This document shows positions 41,801-52,135 of a stretch of DNA of 64,000 nt, one piece after another. The notes beneath the pieces were generated by a model, which was given only the letters and a program-made list of their open reading frames with translations, made no database searches and was not told the DNA's origin. The position numbers and the translations under genes were made by a program. Numbering within the stretch: position 1 is the first letter of the stretch; every line of letters begins with the position of its first letter. This stretch comes from Octopus vulgaris (taxonomy: Eukaryota), in the NCBI GenBank assembly GCA_951406725.2, contig OX597824.1, forward strand, positions 42,842,001 to 42,906,000. Direction: 5' to 3'.

Positions 41801-44800
41801 TGCATGCAAGGGAAAATGCTTGGCAGCATTTCATCTGCTATTACATTGTGAGTTCAAATTCTACCAAGGTCGACTTTCCCTTTCATACCTTTTGGAGTCA
41901 ATATGTACCATTTGAACACTGGGATTGATGTAATCAGCTTACACCCTTCCCCAGAATTACTGGCCTTGTGCCAAAATTTGTAACCAATATTGAGTCAGAT
42001 ATAAGATGGCAAGCTGGCAGAATGCTGTGGGGCTGAACTCAAAAGCCTATGGTTGAGAAATAAACTTGTGAAATGCACAGTTATGCTCCACACCTTCAAA
42101 TATATTCTTTTATTTGTTTCAATCATTTGACTGCAGCCATGCTGGAGCACCACCTTTAGTCGAGCAAATCAACCCCAGGACTTATTCTTTGTAAGCCTAG
42201 TACTTATTCTATTGGTCTCTTTTGCCAAACTGCTAAGTTACAGGGACATAAACACACCAACGACAATTGTCAAGTGATGTTGGTGGACACACAAACATAT
42301 ATATATAGTTAATCTAACATGAACACAGAGAAAACACAACACCAGATGTGGAACAAGTATAGTGTTATTGGATGTTCAGGAAAGGAAAGAAAGAAGGAGG
42401 ATTTAATGTTTCGAGCAGAGCTCTTTGTTAGAAACATAGAAAAAGGAAAGACAGAGAAAGAAAATCGCCGATACACACGCGATACAAAGAACAGGCTTCT
42501 TTCAGTTTTTGTCTACCAAATCCACTTACAAGGCTTTGGTTGGCCCAAGGCTATAGTGGAAAACACTTGCCCAAATTGTCACACAGTGGGACTGAACCCA
42601 GAACCATGTAGTTGGTAAGCAAGCTACTTAACACACAGCCACTCCTACGCCTATATATATATATATTTAGAAACCAACTGATGTATATACTTCACCAGTT
42701 TCATAAAATGCTCCATATAGACAGGATCAAAGCAGCAGGACAGGGCAATACAAGATGGTCTATCATATGAGGATACCTTAGAAGATGAATGATAAAATTC
42801 ATCCAACCATGTCTCAGTATGGAAGAGCAACTGCTTAATCTATGATAATAATGATATACAGGATAATAGAGTCTGAAGCAAAGTATTAGAGCATCAGACT
42901 TGGATGTCTTTATGGCAGTGTTCCTCAACCATTTTTTGCATATGGACCCCTTTGTTTCCTATTTTATCTGGATGGACCCTCCTAGTCATTCACTGTTTAA
43001 AAAAAACCATATTATATTTTTATAATTAAATATTATTTGGGATTCTTTTATTCTTTTAGTGGAGGCATAATGGCCCAGTGGTCAGGGCAGCAGACTCGCA
43101 GTCAGACGATCATGGTTTCAATTCCCAGACCGGGCGTTGTGTGTATTTATTGAGTGAAAACACCTAAAAGCCCCACGAGGCTCTGGCAGGGGGTGGTGGC
43201 GACTCCTGTGATACTCTTTCGCCACAACTTTATCTCACTCTCTCTTCCTGTTTCTTTAATAATGCTGCGATGGACTGACATCCTGTCCAGCTGGGGGGAA
43301 CACATATGCCACAGAAACTGGGCCCATGTGCCTGGCTAGGCTTGAAAAGGGCGACGTTTTTTTTTATTCTTTTACTTATTTCAGTCATTAGACTGTGGCC
43401 ATGCTGGAGCCCCCCCTTGAGAATTTTTTTCAGTCAAATGAATCAACCCAATACTTTTTTTTATTTTTAAGCCTGGTACTTATTCTATCAGACTCTTTTG
43501 TCAAACCACCAAGTTACAGGGACATAAACACACCAACACCAGTTTGTGGCAAGGGACAGACACAAACACACACACATATATATATACAACAGGTTTCATT
43601 CAGTTTCTGTCTACCAAATCCATTCACGAGGCTTTGGTCGGTCCAAGGCAATAAAGACACTTGCCAAAGGTGTCATGCAGTGTGACTGAACCTAGAACCA
43701 TGTGGTTGGGAAGCGAACACCTACACCTATGAATTGTATAAAAAAAAATTTAATATTTCATGCATTACAGAAGTATAACCAGTTTATTGCAGATAAATTT
43801 TAATAAAAAAATTTTATATGGACCCTTAACACTAATTGTACAAACTTTGTCTATCCACTCAAATCTCAATGAAATAAATGCAGACATTCGCTGAGGATAT
43901 CAGCTTAATCAACAACAAAATCTTCCTCCCTTAACCCTTTCGTTACTGTATTTATTTTGAGATGCTCTGTATTTCTTTCAATTATTTTAAATATAACAAA
44001 GAAGTTAGTAAAATAACTCAGTTATCATTCAGCTAGTGTTACGAACATTAATCATTACTAAGGTTTGGTGGAAGATTTTAATTCAAAACTTATGAAAACA
44101 AGACATTTATACTTAGAGTCAGAGCCGGTTTCAGCCGAGTTGGTAACAAAAGGGTTAAAAACAGGTGGCTTTCTGCTTATGTAAGAAGTCAAGTAATACA
44201 AGCTATCTAACCTTTTTCCGTTTGATAATATTAAATTTCTTGTCATCGTCGTCATCATCATCATCATCATCATCACTCTCAATGTTTTCGTTCTCCAATA
44301 TTTCAAGGGATCCTGTGAGAGAAAAATGGAAGAAATAATAATAATCCTTTCTACAACAGGAACAAGGCCTGAAATGTTGGGGAAGGGAGTTACTTTATTT
44401 AACCGGCCCTAGTGTTCGACTTGTACTTATTTCTTCAACCCCAAAAGGAGGAAAGGCCAAGTCCATCTCACAAGAATTTGAACTCAGAACAAACTGCTAC
44501 TAAGCATTTTGTTTAATATGCTACAGATTCTACCAGCTTGTAACAATAATAATAACAGCTTCAAATTTTGGCACAAGGCCAGCAATTTTGGCGGAGAGGG
44601 AAAATAGATTGTCCCTAGTGACCATCTGGTACTTTATTTTATCGACCCCAAAAGGATGAAAGGCATTTAACCCCTTTCAATTATTTTGACATGACGTTTC
44701 ATTTCAGAGCATATTTTTTTTTTTTTCTTTTTTAATTATATATACTGTGTTAATTACAAAAAAAAAAACGTCTTTTTAATCTTGTTTCCTTTATATTTTA

Positions 44801-47800
44801 TTATAGAAATTAAAATTTACTTTTACTCATTTTGATTTAAACGAGTTATCTCAGACACTTGCAGACATCACACATGTATCTGCTTTCTCTTCGAATCTTC
44901 TTTCCTTTAGTGCCTCTCTTCTCTGAGTATACACTGAAGTAAAAGTTCAAAACTCAGAAGCATAAATTCTTTGAAATGACACCAGAATATGTGCTGCCAG
45001 GCATACGACAACGCAAGTAAATTCATGATTGCTCAAAAATGAAACAACACCAAACAAATAAACTCGTTTGAATGCTAAAATTAAAAGTTAATTTTGACCG
45101 AGTATACTCATCTGGTTCTAAAAAGATACATTTGCGATGCACAAGTAAATACGGGATAATCCTACAAGCTCAGAGCATAAAGATGGATGAAATTCTGTTA
45201 AGCATTTTATTCGGCATGCTAACGATTGTGCCAGCTCACCACCTTAATAATAATAATAATTAATTCTTTTATTGGCCCCAAGGGCTGACAAAAATTAATT
45301 ATAACAAAAAGAGACAAAACAGGACGAAAGGTTACAAAGGGTTTTGTCCGTTTGTAAAAAACCGTGTAAAAACAGTGTAACAATCAAAAATTATAACAAC
45401 GAAAAACTCCCAATAGGGGGAGGCGTTACGAAAGATTCCTGGTAGAAAAAACCCATAAAAGCCAACAGGAGACTAGTCAAAAGGGGGGTTTGAAATGGTA
45501 ATAATCTTGCACTTATACCCATCACTGATTAGTGCTGCCAACCTGGAATTTACAATTGTCTGCAACACATTGGAAGGGATTGGCATTAAGAAGGGCATCC
45601 AGCTGTAGAAACCATGCTACAACAGACAATTGCAGTTTGGACAGCTCCCTGACTGGCCAGTTCCTGCCAAACTGTCCAACCTATGCCATGGAAAATGGAC
45701 ATTAAACAATGATGATAAGAATGAAGCCAGAAAGAGGAACAGAGAGAAAGTGAAGAGGAAAATGAGAATTAGAAAATAGCACAGATATATTTACCATATT
45801 CAATATCTGGAAGAAGTACGTTTCGAACAGGTTCTCTAACAGTATTTCTATGATTGTTGTCATTGTCAGTAACAGCAGCATTGTCATCACCATCACTATC
45901 ATCATCATCATCAACAATAACAGCAGTCTAAGTGAAAAAATAAAAATTATAAAAATGATTTTGCACATTGGCCACAAATTGGTAGAGAAAGAACAGAGCC
46001 AACCAAATCAATGTTAGGGTGTGACTAGTCTTTATGAACAAAAGGGGCTTCTTATGGGTCATCCTATCTGCTAAAAATACCAACCAAATCTCACTCAGAT
46101 AACAGTAAGGAAGGACACAATGACATATTAGATATTGTAGTTTTAGGAACAGTGTCTAAAGAGAAAAGAAAATGTGGGATGGAATTTCTCTGAACATAAA
46201 ACCAATGGTAGTCTTAACCCATAAATAAAAAATATATAGATATGTAGGCACAGGAGTGGCTGTGTGGTAAGTAGCTTGCTAACCAACCACATGGTCCCGG
46301 GTTAAGTCCCACTGCGTGCGGGCCGACCAATGCCTTGTGAGTGGATTTGGTAGACGGAAACTGCAAGAAGCCTGTCGTATATATATATGTATGTGTGTGT
46401 ATGTGTTTGTCCCCCTAGCATTGCTTGACAACTGATGCTGGTGTGTTTACGTCCCCCGTCACTTAGCGGTTCGGCAAAATAGACCGATAGAATAAGTACT
46501 GGGCTTACAAAGAATAAGTTCCGGGGTCGATTTGCTCGACTAAAGGTGGTGCTCCAGCATGGCCGCAGTCAAATGATTGAAACAAGTAAAAGAGTAAAAG
46601 AGATATATATAAACAAAAAAAAAAGAAAAAAAAAGACCACAATATGTTTAGAGATTCAAAAATTGAGAGACATCTGCAAAAGAAAGAAACAGCTAAGTCA
46701 GTGTCAGCATTGTGAGGAGGAAAATATTAGTTGAGGTCTCTTCATGTGGACAGTGTCTGAATTTTATTTTCCTCTAAATAATATTTAATTGTGTATGAAG
46801 ATCTCCTACACCAATAAATATATCTTGCATATTTAATGATTCATCATTACTTCAAGCACAGAGTAAAGGCTATACTACGCTGGGGCACTGTCTTGAAAGC
46901 TTCAGTTGAACAAATCAACCCCAGTACTTATATTTCTTTTAAAATACAGGTACTTACTTACTCTATCAGTCTCTTTTGCTGAACTGCTAAGTTACAGGGA
47001 CAAACAAGTCAACACAAGTTGTCAAGCAGTGGAAGGTAGGGAACAAACACAAGGACACATACAGATATACAAACATACATACACAAAACCATGCTTCTTT
47101 TAGTTTCCATCTATCAAATCCACTCACAAGGCTTTGGTTGGCCTGGGGTGCTAGAGGTGCCACAATGTGACTGAATCTGGAACCATAAATAATTTTTTTA
47201 AATATTTACCTGTTTCCGAGAAAACTTGGCACAGAAGTCGTCTTCACTGTCACTCTCTACAAACAAAAGAAATGTACAATGTTTATTTGGACATGCCTTG
47301 ACCAATCACTGAATGTAACAAATAATATCGGTTGTACAATGAAGATTTCTAATGCAAATATATTGGGGAAAGGCACAGTTGACTTAATCAATCCTCAGTA
47401 CAGAAATGGTATTCATTTTATCAACTTCAGCAGGATTTGAACTCAGAACATAACTGTCACAAGGTATTTTGTCTCATGCTCTGCCAAACCAACCATTACT
47501 TTGCACATAATAAAATTTCTAGGGAACCTGTGGAAGCAATAGATCCAGGAAGACGTGGAACAAGGTGGTGAAATATGATCTTCGGTGGTTGAAGTAGTAG
47601 CAAGTGACCAAGATTTCAGGTGATTTGCTGTGCTTGAGAAGACACATCAAGCTAAGTGAACCATGGTCAATACCAGTGCCGGTGACAAGTAAAAAGCACC
47701 CACTACACTCTGTAGAGTGGTTGGCATTAGGGAGGGCATCCAGCAGTAGAAACCAAGCCAACACAGATGACTAGACCCTGATACAGCTCTCCAGCTTACC

Positions 47801-50800
47801 AATCCCAATGAAACTATCTAACCCATGACAGCATGGAAAACATGTTAAATGACATAAGATGTAACATTTTGGATGAGGGGAAAATTAGTAAATCAACACC
47901 AGGAGGAGAAAATATAGAGATGACTTTGGCTGGATTTGAATTCAGAATATATGTAAAAGAAACCTAAAAATGTTTTGTCCTGCTCTCTACAAATTCTGTC
48001 ATCCACCATCTTGACTGCATCATGAAATTATGACAATAATAATAATTTCTATTATAGACACAAGGAAGTCACTTGGCATTAGGAAGGGCATCCAGCCGTA
48101 GAAACATTGCCAGATCAGACTGGGCCTGGTGCAGTCTTCTGGCCTCCCAGACCCAAGTTGAACCATCCAACCCATGCTAGCATGGAAAGTGGACGCTAAA
48201 CGACAATGACGATGACAAGGTCTAAAATTTTAAGTGAAGGAAAATATCCATATATAACAAGTACTTTATTCTATGAATTTTGAAAGGTGTAAGGTAAAGA
48301 TGACTGCAGAACACAAAGGGATGGAACAAATCCTGCAAGGTAATATTTATGCCTGCTTAAATGTGGATGTTCTGTTGGAACAGACTATACTGCAGTAGCT
48401 ACCATGAGAGAAACTCACATATTGGCTTTTGATGCAAAATGCACTCTCATTTATATCACTAGCGGGGAGTTGAATCCCCACTACACCCAGCTCCAAAACC
48501 ACCAGATCACATCCTTTCGACTTTGGTATTGTCAATGATGGACATCAACCACTAGAGACAGTAGTGATTTGCCTCCTCGCCAGCGATATAGAGATTGACA
48601 GAACCAGAACAGGCACTGGTGTTGCAATTAGCCAGTTAGCTTGTTTAAAATGTGTGTATGTGTGTTTGTGTATATATTACCAACAAAGACAGTCTCAATA
48701 CTGAGAGGTCTATAATATTTATCCTCACTTAAACATGGATGTTCTCTTAGAACAAACTATACTGCAATAGTTACCACGAGAGAAGCTCTCACATTGGCTT
48801 TTTGGTGCAAAATGTGCTCTTGTCTATATAACTAGCAGGGAGATAAATCCCTGCCACCTCTAGCACAGATTATGAGATTTCAATCATCTAGCGATGTAAA
48901 TTTTGTGAGAATTTTTGCCCTGACTTCTGCATCCTTTTCAGCAGTAAATCACTGAGCAAAAATCAGGCACTTGAACGAGTCAGTTTAAATCTCTCACACT
49001 GTCTGTTCACTCTACCTGCATATGTGGTAAAATCTTCGTCATCGTTTTTCTCCGTGTTCAAACACTTCCGAGTTGTGTTGAACAATGATGTTTTTTTACT
49101 CAACATCCTACATAAAATGTCAATTGTGTCCATGAAATTTATGTCAAAAACTTTTTTAGGCAATATAAAGTTACAGTATTTCTCATGCTCTATTGTCATC
49201 CATCCAGTTTTGGCATCCTTTTTCAAAAATTTATTCAAATCTTTGGTAATATGCCTCAAAGGTGACTTCTTCCAGATTACACTTAAACAGTATAATTTTC
49301 TACTACCCTGTGTTCTTTTATGAGAAAAAAAAATAGAATTTACATTCATATAATTCTTGCTCTTTCACAATGATATTTAGTATTTAAACTGACCATATCT
49401 AGCTTCTCACACTTACCCGACAATATCATTCTAAAAATAAACAATCACATTATTGAAATCTCAAAGCAACAAGATAATGCATGGCTAGGGTTAAAACTCA
49501 GAGTATGATAACTTTATTAAGCATGGGTATCTGTCCACTCCCACTTTTCAATCTTCAGAGACCCCATTCCCTTTGAGAAACACTGGAGTAGAGTTAATAA
49601 TATGATCCTCTAGTCTCCTGCATTACAAATACCACTGAATAGATTTCCCACAACTCTATCAAATTTGCTCTATGACCACAATTTTGAGGGAAGGGTTTAG
49701 CCAACATCATTACTCCCACTCACCACAACAAGTATTTGACTGGGAATTTTTTTTTTTTGCTTCTGACTTTAGGATAAAAGGCAAAATGTGCTTTGGTGAG
49801 ATTTGAACTCAGAATGAACTCTGAGGAGGAAGAAATACTGCAAGGTATTTCTTCTAATGGTTTAACAATTCAGCCAGCTTGATGCCTTTTCCCCTAACTT
49901 ATAAACAATAATCATTTAATGTACCTTCAGTAAATGACAGTGTTTTGTGTTGTGGTGAAACTTCTTCAATACCAGAATCCTTTTCACTGTTTTCTTCCTT
50001 GGACATTTCCACATCAGTGCTCATATTGAGCTGTAAAAAATGAAAAAAAAAAAAGAAAAGTAAATACACTACTGCAGTGAAATATGAGCAATAGGTGTAG
50101 AGAATTTGTGAAAGCTGGAAAGAAAATAGAGAGCTATACTCCACTGAATGTGTCATGATAGTAAATTTGAAGAGTGGAGTACAAAGAAGATAAGAAAGAA
50201 ACAGAATAAAAGAGGAATTGGCTGTAGTTTGAAAGATATGTAATATGCATGAAGGATGAGAGTTGCATGAAAATAGTGCCAAGAGATTCAAGTGAAAGGA
50301 ACCTGTAGAATAGGAAAATCAAAAAAAAACATGGAGAAAAGTTGATTTCAAGAGGCAGAACCTCACAAAGGAAATTGTTAAGGGATCCTAAGTGATGAGA
50401 TGGTGTGCTGAAGAAAACCAGTCCAACCTATGCATGTATGAAATCGCTTTGAATCAGTTGGAAATATGGGATGAGACTTAATATACTGCATCAAAAACTT
50501 CGTACCAAGTTTCACACATGCATATATGAGAGCAATGCATGAAACCATCACTCTTTGAATCAACTATCTAACTTTACAGCCAAAAAAAAACACAAACACA
50601 CACATATATACACATGTTAATATTGAACAATGAAAATGAATGCTCAAAACCAAATTGGTCGATAAAAATTCTTTGTTTATGGGTTAAGACTACCATTGGA
50701 TTAATCCAAAATAGAGAACACAGATGTTCCATGTGACAGGCTTGACAACTGCTGAGGGACTTCTCTGAACATAAAACAAATCAGGTGTTTTAACACTTAC

Positions 50801-51405
50801 CGTTTTGAGGGAATTGTCCCCAAGCATTATACTGCAGCAACTCCAACGAAGAAATAAAAATCATACATTGAGTATGTACAATCAATAATATATATATATA
50901 TGTATATTACTCTACATCCGGTATTTGAGTATCATATTTTCCCACTTCGTGCTTATATATATATATATATATATATGCCTACTCTGGTGTGTGTGTGTGG
51001 ATGGATGGATGAATAGATAAATAGATAGATATGCACAGGAGTGGCCATGTGGTAAGAAGCTTGCTTCCCAACCACATGGTTCCAGGTTCAGTCTTTTATT
51101 ATAGACTTGGGCCAACCAAAGCCTTGTGAGTGGATTTGGTAGATGGAAATTGAAAGAAGCCCATCATATATATATATATATAAATATATATGTATAACTT
51201 TGTGCATCTGTGTTTATTCACCTCACCATCGCTTGACAACCTATGCTGGGGGTGTTTATATCCCCATAACTTAGTGGTTCGGCAAAAGATATAGATAGAA
51301 TAAGTACTAAACTTAAAAGAAAAAGTCCTGGGGTGGATTTGTTCGACTAAAGGCAATGTTCCAGTATGGCCGGTCAGATGATTTAAAGAAGTAAAATAAT
51401 GAAAG

Positions 51406-51455
<50 letters not shown>

Positions 51456-52097
51456 GTGTGTGCGTGTGTGTATTCTTTTAGCCAAATTTACTAAATTATA
51501 CACATGTTCCTAACACAGAACAATACTGTGTATGTATTTTTAATTTTTAACTTGTATCAGTCATTAGACTTCATCTATGCTGGGGCACCCCCTCGAGAAA
51601 ATTTTTAGTCAAATGAATCAACTCCAGTATTTATTTTTTGTAAGGCCTAGTACTTATTCTCTTGGCCTCTCTTGCTGACCGCTAAGTTATGGGGACATAA
51701 ACACACCAACACTGGTTGTCAAGTGGGGATGTGGGAAAACACATATACACACACACGTATATATAGATATAACAGGTTTCTTTCAGTTAGCGTCAACCAA
51801 ATCTACTCACAATGCTTTGGCTGGCCCAGGACTATAGTAGTAGACACTCACCCAAGGTGCCATGCAGTGGGACTGAACCCAGACATGGTTGGGAAGCAAA
51901 CTTACTCATCATCTTTTAACGTCCATCTTCCACACTAGCAAAGGTTTGATGGTTTGACAACATTTGATTGATCCGAAGACTGCTTCATGCTCCAATTGTC
52001 TGATCTGGCACGGCTTCTACAAATGGATGCCCTTCTTAATGACAACCACTTCACAGGTTGACTAATTGTGACTGAATATGGATGTGTGAAGCCAGTT

Positions 52098-52135
<38 letters not shown>

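Noticed and set aside
45795-45806. 12-nt microexon (ttccag|ATATTGAATATG|gtaaat)
   Set aside because: Reading-frame continuity requires the longer 45795-45927 exon; the internal AG alone would break the phase.
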